Both the position numbers and the translations under genes were made by a program. The notes below the pieces were generated by a model. That model had not been told where the DNA came from, made no database searches, and worked only from the letters and a program-made list of their open reading frames with translations. A DNA stretch of 64,000 nt from Phaeosaccion multiseriatum (taxonomy: Eukaryota; Protista; Ochrophyta, other classes): the NCBI GenBank assembly GCA_965112735.1, contig OZ218950.1, positions 4,340,001 to 4,404,000 of the forward strand, written 5' to 3'. This document shows positions 1-10,112 of this stretch, piece by piece; positions within the stretch are counted from its first letter, which is position 1; each line of letters starts with the position of its first letter.

Positions 1-1680
1 GGCGGTGGAGGCGAGAGAACCGGGTCAGAACCATAGTGCCATAGCAGCTGGGGCCTACAACGTCACCAGAGAGGAGTGGCTTGTGGCAAGACGGAGTGGA
101 CCGGCCAGAGCTGATGTGTCCAGCTGTTTGCACGGAGTCACTGTAGGTGCTCATGCCGAGCCGGAGCTACTCGAGTGCATTGAGAAGCGGCACGGGTGGA
201 CTGGTGAGGATGAGCTCATACTGGTCATCTCGACCCTCCCCTGCATCGGTTGTGCCCGGCTACTGGCAGAGCGGAAGAGACAAGGACGCCTGAACTGCAG
301 CGTCATCTTCGTAGGCGACTCCCGCCCTGTCCTGGGGGAGGGGAGGAGCATCCTCACGGAGGCTGGCTTTGAGGTAAGCATTGAGCGAAGGGCGCGGCTG
401 GAACAGAGGCATATGGACAGACAGGCAGGCAGAGAGGCAGGCAGGCACGGAGACAGGCAGGCAGAGAGGCAGACACGACGGAGCCGATGCTGATCCCTTT
501 CCCACTCCACCCTTTCCTCCTTCCCCCCCCCCCTCCTTGCTTCACACGTGCAGGTCAAAGAGGACAGCTGGTATTGCTCCGGGCTGCTTCCCCGCATGAG
601 GCGGGTCGAGGTTCTGAAGGGCAAGGAGGTTACTGCCACTTTCGCGGGGGGGAAAGCTCATTGGCGGACGTGGCACAACGCAACTCTTCTTGTCCTGGTG
701 CAGCCCTCGGCGGAGGAGCGCAGGCTTTATGGAGACTTGCTGCGGCGGTGTCTCCTTCTCAAGCTGACTGCGGACCCAAAGCGTAATCAGCGACAGACCA
801 AGAGACCGTTGCAGCTCGAGGCGTACCGCCGGGCTTGCAGGGCTGCCAAGAAGGCCAGCGAGGGAGGGAGGGTGTCGATGATGGCGGTGGGGAGCGATGT
901 GTTGACTCTCTCCGCCGCCATGGACGGGATTTCAGTCGCGAATCTACGCCTTTCCGCCATACAGTCCATGCCCCTCCATCGCGATGGGCAGGAAGTCTCG
1001 GGCTTCAAGCCGGTCATCCTGACATCCACGGGGAAGGAGGGGTTCCGGCTGTTCGGGCAGAGATTCCGGCGGCATATGCCCTTTTCGAGCAGCTGTGTCT
1101 CGGGGTCGAAGGCTGATGCCCTCCCGCCTAATGTTGACACGATGGCAGCGGAAGCTAAGAAGGAAAGGAAGATAAAGAAGCTGGAGAAGCGTGAGCGTGC
1201 CGCTCAGCAGAACCGACGAGTCGCCGAGCAGGTCCGCACCAATATGTTCGGCTTCCTCCCAGTCATGGCGGAAGAAGAGGATGGTGGTAGAGCTGGGGCG
1301 ACTGTCTTGCGCAATGTTCGGCTCGCCCCAGCGCGAATGGCCGCGGACACCAAGAGGAAGGAGGCGGAGGCAGCAAAGAGGAGAGCTGCATTGGCCGAGA
1401 AAAAGCCCAATCAGCGCAGGAAGAAGACTGATGCAAAGGGGGAGGAGAACAAGAGCACGAGCACCACGTCTGTGACCATCGATCCTCGGGGGCGGCCAGA
1501 GGTGTTGAGGGTGCTGAGGGGAGGAGCTGCCAGCCGAGGGGTGGCACAATGTGCTTTTAACGACGCCACGCTGCTGAAGGATTTGGTGGAGTATTTGCCT
1601 CGCTTCCTCCTGGACAAGGGGATGAGTGGACAGCCGGACAATACCATGAAATGGGGTGAGATTGATGCTGAAGGGAGTGT

Positions 1681-1711
<31 letters not shown>

Positions 1712-4700
1712 GAGTCCAAGTGCTGTTGGCGGACGCTTTGCGAGCTCTGGAGGGGCTTGAGTGCTAAACTCGAGCCGTGGTGGGGCGTGGGAAATGAAAT
1801 GTCATTCTCAGCACAGGACTCTGAAGAGCAGGCGAGGGCCGCGTTTGATGGATCCCTACCTCATTGTGTCGATGGTGTCGTCGGGGGCCACCTCAAACTG
1901 CGCTTCCTTTCTGGCCGGGGCTAAGAGACTTGAAGCACTCTTGGGGCTCTGGCGTCATGACGAGTTGGGGGGTCTGCCCCGCCAGTTTAGCCTGGAGTCA
2001 CCACAGACCTACGGGGGCGCGAAGGAGCGATTCAACGCGTGCTTGGGGCTGTTGGTGAAGCTTGGCGCGACGAGTGCCGGTGGTCGAGACAAGCTCAAGC
2101 TTTGGGCGGCGCAGGGGGTGAAGGGCCATGAAGACGAGCAGTTGCCCGGGGCTCTCACAAAGGCGCAGAGACGGGAGTTCGGCAAGGCGAAGAAGGCAAT
2201 GCAGCAGAGGAAGGAGACGGAGCAGAGGGTGGAGGACACCGCGGCGATGCGCGACGGAAACGCACAAGCGACCGCCGAAGTCATTGAGAAGAGGACGCAG
2301 GTGGCGGAGCAGCTCGCGATAAAGGGGGGGGCGGGCTGGACGGCCTCTCTTTCGTGGCATACCGATGAAGGCCTTGACACGCAGCTGAGGAGCCTCATGG
2401 CGCCGCTCCTGTTACAGGAGAGGTATCGAGGGCATGAGGAGGCGGCGTTGGAGGAGGCCAAGTTGCTGCTCCAGTCTGCGAAGGAAGAAGAGATTCCCTG
2501 GGTGACTGCCTACGGCACCGGAAAGGTGGAGACAGAGGAACCGCCACCCCCTATCCGCGAGACGACTCATATAGCTTTTGCGGCCAATCTTTACTCCTTC
2601 ATCACGCAAGGGAGACGAGGACGCTGCGTGCTGGTGAGTGGCTGGGGCAGAGGAAGGAAGAGGGAGAGAGGAGGAGGGGAGGATGGAGGGAGCGGGGCCT
2701 GTCTCGCCCTTGTATAGCTAGCACCAGGGACAGATGAGGCTCCAAATGTCGACGATGGTCCGAATTCCAACATGTGTGCCACGCTCTTTTTGTACCTGCT
2801 GCATCTGACGCTGCCAACTCACACGCCTTTGCCTGCCCCTCTTCTCAGATGCAAAATGGCTTTCTCAATGAGTTGGCCCTGTACATGTCGAGAGCCGAGT
2901 TTGTGCCCTCCCTCACGTACAAATACGCCGGCCCCAAGAAAGGACCTACCACCCCACAGCAATTCCGAGGACGGCAGGCCGGGCAGCAGCTCCCCAGCCC
3001 TTTGACTCTTCTCCGGGATGTCACGGCACAGGTGAAGAAGCGGAGCACCGTGCGACGACGACCCCTCGCGGAAGAGATTGCCATTCTCGCTGTGGAGGCT
3101 CACAAGGCAGTCCACGGCCCGGAGGGCCAAGATAACTACCGTGAGACCTACCAGCAAATGGCGGCCTCTGGGGCCCTAACATACGCCCAATCAGCGGAGT
3201 ATGAGACAGACGATCAGCGGAAGCTTGTGCTGGACGCTGCAACAACTGCTGGTTTTATGGCAGCGAGAGGAGGGGAGGAAGCAAAGCAGGTGCTGGAAAC
3301 TGCGCGCGGGCTCGTGAAGCGGTGCGTCGATCTGGGGAGGGGGGTCGGGAGGGGAGCCACTGAGGAAGAGCCGGGGCCTCCAGAGCATTCTGTTGAGCAG
3401 AAGGCTCAGGAGCAGCAGGAGAGAGTTCAGAGCGCATACTCCACTCTTGCCAGGCAGGACAGTTGGCAGGGGCTTACGAGCGGCCCGGTGTTTGAGGCCC
3501 GCCTTGCCGCTCTTGTCGTCACACAACATGTCGGAGAGACTACACTCGCCAACACAGAGACTACACTCAGCTACGTGTATGGCGGCGACAAGTGCAGGGC
3601 AAAGGCTGCGGCGGAGATCCTTACCATGGCTCTACAGCATGCCGAGCTTGGCACTGAGCAAGCGTCTGTGGACACAATCAAAGAGCGTTGTCTCCAGCCT
3701 CCGTCGAGGCGCTTTCTCCGCAAATCCGTTGACCGACAGGTGGACGCGATGCAGACACACGTTGGGGTTGGGCGATTCCGTGGGGAGCGCGGCGCAGCGG
3801 AGCGTGGGGAGAGGCAGGTGCAGAGCACCGAGTACTTTAGGGCAGGGCGTTGTGGGGACCTCAATCCGGGCGAGTTTGGGCTGCAGTACCGGAAAGATGG
3901 GGTGGGAGGGGGTGAAGCCCTCGTCGAGAAGGAAGCGAGATGGATCGAGAGGGTGACCGTGTGCGTCACGGAGGGGCACACTCTGACCCTGTTCGACCAG
4001 ACAGGGAAGCCCAGGCGGCGCCTGTGGCGGGAGCCAGCCCACCCGGCGGATGGGGGGACGTCGGTGACGCCAAGGTGGCTTTGCGTGACGGGCCCCGTGC
4101 TTGGCGACTGCGCCCATGGTACATCGCTCCATCTCCAGTTTGAGGATGACCGACCAGCTGTTCCGCAGATGGAAGTGCATGGGGGGGAGAGGGGGGAGGA
4201 GAAGGAGTTGGAAGACTACCGCAACCTCCGCCGTGAGATTCTTGGCGAAGCGGGTCCTCCTCGGGTGGAGGGGAGGGGTGAGGGAGAGAGGGAGGGAGAG
4301 AGGGAGGGAGAGACGCAGACGGGGAGGGATAGAGGAAGGGAGGAAGGGAGGGAGGGAGGGAGAGAGGGAGGGAGAGAGAGATGGAGGGGGGGAGAGAGGG
4401 AGAGGGAGAGGGAGAGATGGAGGGAGGGAGAGAGGGAGAGAGAGAGGGAGGGAGAGAGGGAGCGGATGGATGAGTTGGTGAAATTGCGTCTTCAAGCCAC
4501 GGAACTTCGTCGGGAGCTGCAGGCACTCACAGGGGTAAGTACTCTTAGGAGTAGAAGTAGTAGTAGTAGTAGTAGTAGTAATAGTAGCAGCAACAGTAGT
4601 AGTAGTGGTAATAGTTATAGTAGTAGTCAGCAGCAGTAGCAGTAGTAGCTACCTTGTCATCTCAAAGAACTCCTTTGGCTTGTGGCTTGTTTCCCTCTTC

Positions 4701-5911
4701 GCCGACATCAGGTCAAGGAATGGCGGAGCCGCCGCAAGAAGAAGAAGAAGCTGTCGAACGTGGACGCCAAGATCAGGAAGCTGGACCGAGCCATGGCAGG
4801 AGAGCATGGCCAGGACAGAAAGTGGCGCGGTCTCCGTGTGGAGGACCTTCCTCCGCGCTCTGGCCTCCACGCCAACACCAAGTATGTGGAAGTGCTTGAT
4901 CCATTCGAGGGGCACCAGGAGCCAGGGTTTGGCGACAAGGTCCGGCAGTATCTTGGAAAGCTAACCCCCGAGCAAAGATGGGGAGGGGCCGACCCCGGAG
5001 TGCGGACGTTCCTGTCCATCTGGTGTGCCCACACTGGGCGCTTCTTCAGGGTGGGTCACGGCTTCTCCGCCTCCATGCGGCCGCTGCAGAGGAGGATAGC
5101 GAAGCTGGAGAGCCAGGTGTGGCAGGCAGCGCAGGTGAGGAGGATGCGTGCCTCGCCCAAGTCTCTTGTCGTGGCTGATGTCACTTTCTAATCCCTCCCT
5201 CCCTCCCTCCGCCCGCGCACAGAGTGGACAGGACACGCGGGCTCTTCGCCTGGAGGCGGCCAAGATGCGGGCGCTCTTGCACCACAAGACGCTCGTCCTC
5301 CACACGATAGCCATACGGCTCATCGTGGCCAACTTCACGCACTTTGTGTTGCCTCCTGTCCGGGCCCAGGCATGGTCCAGCCGGCGGGGCCGCCAGATCT
5401 CGGGGCTGCCGAGGGATATGGGGAGGGACATGGACGCCCTCTCCATGGGTCTATTCCGCCAACGGCTCAAGACGGTGCGTGTGTGCGTCTGTTGCTTGTT
5501 GTTGGCTTGGTGTTGGGCTGGCTGGCCTGGCTGGTGTCGCTCAGACTGAGACACCTCCGTCCCCATCAGCAACCCTCGTGTGGCTGAGCTAACAATTCCT
5601 CTCGTTGACTTCCTTCTTTGGCTGCCCGAACTCCTCTCGCTCAGGCCATCGCCTCTCCCTCCTGCTCACTAGTGCTGCGTGAGCCCAGCGAGGCCTTCAC
5701 CACCAAGACATGCACCGCCTGTGGTGCATTCAATGAGTGCGTGGGGGCCAAGAAGGTGTGGACTTGCCCCACCTGCAAGGCCACGCTCTTACGGGACCCT
5801 TGTGCGGCCCGAACAATCACTCTGTTCGGGCTGTACGACTTCTCAAAGGCATGGCCAACTCCAAGGCCACGCCACCCACAACATCTTCCCAGTAAGTGGC
5901 TGGCTGGCTGA
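1..5911 (+). CDS. Giant spliced Fanzor (TnpB-family RNA-guided nuclease) with N-terminal Zn-dependent deaminase domain; 5'-partial; one apparent +1 frameshift near 1908
   Basis: Reconstructed exons <1-373, 554-2633 (frameshift ~1905-1912), 2849-4534, 4712-5134, 5223-5474, 5645-5911. All five introns are GT..AG and phase 0. Deaminase motifs HAE and PCIGC lie in exon 1. RuvC-I ADPGVRTF, LSMGLFRQRL, SEAFTTKTCTACG, WTCPTC and RDPCAARTI lie in the last three exons. A further possible intron 5892-5962 would extend the ORF to 6168. Confidence 0.65.
2..373 (+). CDS. Cytidine/deoxycytidylate deaminase-superfamily domain (exon)
   Basis: AIAAGAYN (like the dCMP-deaminase/TadA 'G.N' strand), HAE at 152-160, LVISTLPCIGCARLL with PCxxC at 239-253, then a hydrophobic strand VIFVG. 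Donor GAG|GTAAGC at 374. Confidence 0.8.
4712..5911 (+). CDS. Fanzor2/IS607-TnpB-like RuvC and zinc-ribbon module (3 exons)
   Basis: RuvC-I Asp at 4991 (GGADPGVRTFLSIW); bridge-helix-like LQRRIAKLESQ; Pro at the canonical RuvC-II position (FVLPPV, ~5352); alternative Glu at 5690 (SEAFTTKTC); CTAC at 5711-5722; CPTC at 5765-5776; RuvC-III Asp at 5795 (RDPCAARTI). Confidence 0.9.
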
Positions 5912-6059
5912 TTGCGTCCCTGCCTGCCTGCCTGCCTGCCTCTCGCTAATCTGCCTGTCCAGCCAGGAGGGCAGCCAGCCCTTGTTGCTTACTTGCTTGC
6001 TGCCTGAACAAGAAACACCTCCTGAGTTTCCCTGCCTTGCTTACTTGTCCTCACTCATC

Positions 6060-6200
6060 ATCATGTGCTCGGGCGGGCAACGAATCAACAACAGCTGGGG
6101 CTTTCGAGCCGGGGAAGCAGTCGGCTGCCTCCGGGCAGCCAGCGACTGTACAACACATGGTGTTGTAGGTGAGTCATAGCTTAATGCGTTGCTTGCTGCT
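6060..6200 (+). ncRNA. Candidate Fanzor omegaRNA scaffold (boundaries uncertain)
   Basis: Directly 3' of the RuvC gene. Stem CAGTC-GGCTGCC/TCCG/GGCAGCC-agc-GACTG at 6118-6148 is immediately followed by stem TACAACAC/ATG/GTGTTGTA at 6149-6167. GCTCG and CGAGC at ~6067-6109 could also pair. Confidence 0.4.
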
Positions 6201-6469
6201 GCCTGCTGCTCCCCTCCATCCCCAGCCACGCCAGAGTCAGAAAACATTTCCTCTTTCCTGACCTGCCCCTCTCCCCGCCCGCCCCTCTGCCCTCCGCCCC
6301 TGCCCTCCGATTGCCTGCCTCGTCGGCGATTTTGCTCTTCCCGCCTTTGCCAAAAAATTCCAAATTTCTTTTTCTTCTCCCTTTTCCGGGCCGGCGGTCG
6401 ACGGTATAAAAATGCGCCGGAGAAAAGGCCTCCATTCGTTCACACACATGTCTATATGTCTACTTCTAG

Positions 6470-7767
6470 CTATGCACCCGCTGCTCCCCGGTCCGGCTTT
6501 CTTGCGTCCCGCCACCGCCAGAAGGCAGCCAAGGAGCTTCCGATGAGCGAGTGAAGGGTGGCGCTGACCGCCCCGGGTATGCACGTCAGAGGGTTGCTGA
6601 AAGCCCTCGACGCCAGGACAGTCGCCAAAGCACTATTCTGCATGCCCACCTTTGACACAAAAGGCGCGCAAAGGAAGAGGGTTGAGACACAAGGGGACGG
6701 GGGCGGGGTGAGGCTTCCTCCCATTATACTACACCGAAGAGCCAGAACAGAGGGAGCATCCTCTTCGTACACAAGTGCGTAAGGGTAGATAGACGGGTCA
6801 GAGATGGCACAGACAGACACGCGAGCCGACCAGAGGCCCTCCCTGCCAAGAGCCGTAATACGACCTCAAGCCCCTGCCCCCCGCCCCAGCCTCCCCCCGC
6901 CCCCTGTTCTACACCGCTCAGCGGCTCGTCCTCTCCTCCTTCCGTCCCGTCCCTCCTCTTCCTCCCCTTGCCTTCCTCCCTGACCTCGATGGAAATGGTT
7001 CGAGCGCTCTTGTCCGCCATGCCCAAGGCCCTCGACAGACCATATCCGGCAGAAAAACCCAACACGTGAGTAGCGACGAGTGCACCGACGATGGGGATGC
7101 CTTTGGAACGGAAAGGGACGGACGGAGATACCATGTTTGTTGAGCAGACAGTAGACGCAGCTACAAAGGGAGGTACAGCAAACACACAGGCAGGCAGGCA
7201 GGCTCGCAGACAGGCCGGCCGGCAGGGCTCATTCGCGTCTTGCTTGTGTGTCGACGCGGTGGTAAGCACAAGGTAGCGTGGCCGCAGCAGCCAAACAGTA
7301 GCAGCAGTGCTGGTGTGACTTGTTTTCAACATGTGTAGTGGAGCCTACCTGACGTCAGCAGAACAGCAGCGTTGGAGGCTACGATGCTCCCGCAAATGAG
7401 AGCCACGAGCACTACACAGAGCAGCGGGGTCTTGGTGTGTCAGGGGGGGGGGGGGAGAGGAGGAAAGGAGAGGAGAGGGGAGGAAAGGACAGGGGAGGAA
7501 AGGAGAGGAGAGGAGAGGAGAGGAGAGGAGAGGAGAGGAGAGGAGAGGACAGGGGAGGGGAGGGGAGGAGACGAGAGGAGAGGCATCAGCAAGCAGGGCC
7601 GATACAATTGAGGGGGGGGGGGGGGGAGCACTTGATTGGGGAGCCAAGGACACACAACAGGGGGGATGGAAAGCGAGAGCGTGTGTGTGGGTACATTGGC
7701 GTGTCATGCAAATACTACACCCATTACGCTGATAGTCAGGTCAAGGGTTCCTAGCAAATACTGCTCG

Positions 7768-7824
<57 letters not shown>

Positions 7825-8374
7825 ACACGAGCCGCAGCCTCCCTCCACACTCACATAGGGGGCGATTTTGGATGTGAAGTCCTTGGCGAATCTGTTGAGC
7901 ACAAGCCCCGCCAGTACCGGAGCGAGTACGAGCTTGGCCGTGGAGCTGAAGAGCGCTCGGCCGCTTACACTCACCGCGGCCGTCCCGCCTGTAGGTGTGT
8001 ATGTGTGTGTGCGTGAGTTGGGAGTGTGGGTGCGCGTGGGAGGTCACAGGAAGGAAAGGGAGGTATAGCGTTACTCACTTCGCGCATGAAAAGATTGAAA
8101 CCGTCTATGCGTATGCATGTGGGAGAGTGGAGGAGCAGGGTAGGGGGCGGGCTTCTGCGAGCTTAGAAAGGAAGTGTAACGGACAGTGACAGGCAGTTTG
8201 AAAACGCACCTGATGCCACGGATCCGAAGGCGGCTCCGCGGAGGAGGCCTTGGGTGAGCAAAGGAGTCATGATGGAGGCTGCGACGGTGGACGCCGAGGT
8301 CATGAGCACACTTAGAGCGACATCCCCCTGTGGCGATAAAAGGTGGGTGCAGCAGCAGCAGTAGCAGCAGTAGC

Positions 8375-8427
<53 letters not shown>

Positions 8428-9652
8428 AAGCAGCAGCAGCAGCAGATTTTAGTACGAGTAAGATTTAAGCAGTGGGCGCAGAAAGCACGACTCTCAATAA
8501 CAGCACCTTGTCAAGCTCCACATGCCTTTCGGTACCTGAGCAATAAGTGTGACCAAGTTGCTTGCCGTTCCTCCCGGGCAGCAGCCAACCAATATCACCC
8601 CCGCAGACAGGGCGGGCGACAGGCTGAAGAGACGTGCCATGGAGAAGGCCGCGAGGGGCATAACCGTGTACTAAGGGGGGGGGGGGATAGATGCGAGAGG
8701 CAGGGCACGCAGCGCAAGGTATAGAAGAGAGAGAGATAGACCAGGCATCAGGCTCGAAGGGAGAGGGGTGGTGGCCGTCCAGTTCACACACACATGTACA
8801 CACTTACACACACATGTCCAAACACACACACACACACACACACACACTCAACATAAGTGGCCTGCCTTCCCCCCCCCCCTCTTTGATTTCTGGACGGAAA
8901 GGAGGGCAATCTGAGCATCACATACCTGCAGCATCGTGCCAAGTATGACTGGCCGGGGGTTGACGAGCACCCTCTTGAAGTCCGAGAACTTCATGGTCAT
9001 GCCCATGCAGATCATTGTAATGGAAAGGGCTGCAGTCACGTACTCGCCTGTAAACCACGTCATCTGCGAGTCGGGGGAGAGATAGAGGAGGAGGGGGAGG
9101 GGGAGGAGGGGGGGGGGGGGTGAACGGAATACCTAGGGTAGGTCAAGGAGGAGGGGGAGGTGAATGCAATACCAAGTATGGATCATAAGGGCGCAGGAGC
9201 GTCTCTTTTGAAGGCAGGATGTTCCAATTTCTTACCGTGGCGGGTCTGAGGACACCAAGAACAGCAGCTGAGCTTACCCACAAAGGGAAGGCGCTCGTGA
9301 GCTTATCGAAGGCCTGCTGCACGCTGTTTTTTCGTTGGCCTGTACTGCTACCGCTGCCGCTGCCCATTTCCTCCGTCACCTCGGTCCCTTCAATCGCCTC
9401 TGTTGTTGCTCGCCTTTGGCCACCTCTTCCCCTTGCTTTGCTGAATACTCGTTCTACTGCTGCGGTTGCTGCGCTCGCGCTCGCTCGTTGCCTAACAGGT
9501 CTTGAGGATCGCTGCAGCAGCACCTTGGAGACCATTATCGAGTCGGAAGTGAAACCGCTTGCGGGGACGAAAACCAGAGCGATAAGCAAGGCAGGCATCA
9601 ACCTCCTTCTTGAGCCTCTCGCCTCTCCCCGTTTCTCACTGAACCCCGGCAT
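6470..9652 (-). CDS. Plastid-targeted bile acid:sodium symporter (BASS/SBF) family transporter, multi-exon
   Basis: Exon peptides [59 protein letters not shown] and RTISIEV|[13 protein letters not shown]-terminus [16 protein letters not shown] resembles a bipartite plastid leader. The start may be 9598. Confidence 0.9.
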
Positions 9653-10112
9653 CTCGCTCTCAGTAAAGAGGAGGCCCCTCCTCGAACGCTTGCAAGCCCA
9701 ATGGGAAAAGCTTCCTTCTTCTCTGCGGCAAGCCCGCCGCCTGTAGCGGGTTCGCGGGTTGGAAAAGGGGATAAAAGTGGAAGGTGCAGAGGTTGGTCGT
9801 TGACTTTTACTATTGACAAACTATCAACAACGATCGAACACCCCCCACCACCCCTTACCATGGAGGTAAGAACGAATGAGCCTTGCCTGACAGCCTGTTC
9901 CTCCACCCTCTTGTGCCAATCATACCCAGCTTATCATTTCCCCCCTCTTCATTTGCTCTCCGTGTCGAACGAGGGCAGAGGAACAAGACGAGATGTTCCC
10001 CCTTTTTCTCACTTTCTACACCCCCTTCTTTCGCCTTCTTCCTGAACGCTGCCATCTTCGATAGGAGGAGCACCAGCAACAGCCGGTGGCAGGAGGAGCA
10101 GGAGAAGATGGG

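Noticed and set aside
4265-4465. GA-rich stretch in the Fanzor gene as a definite intron
   Set aside because: It has no pyrimidine tract or clear acceptor and stays in frame (E/R/G-rich). Left unresolved, and it does not affect the fusion model.
1-6200. Bacterial IS200/IS605/IS607 contamination
   Set aside because: The gene has host-style spliceosomal introns with microsatellites, is contiguous with intron-rich host genes, and no TnpA is visible.
6381-6469. Imperfect hairpin plus CTAG as a Helitron 3' end carrying the Fanzor
   Set aside because: The hairpin is imperfect and about 35 nt from the CTAG, the CTAG is not followed by T, it abuts the BASS stop codon, and no Rep/helicase is visible.
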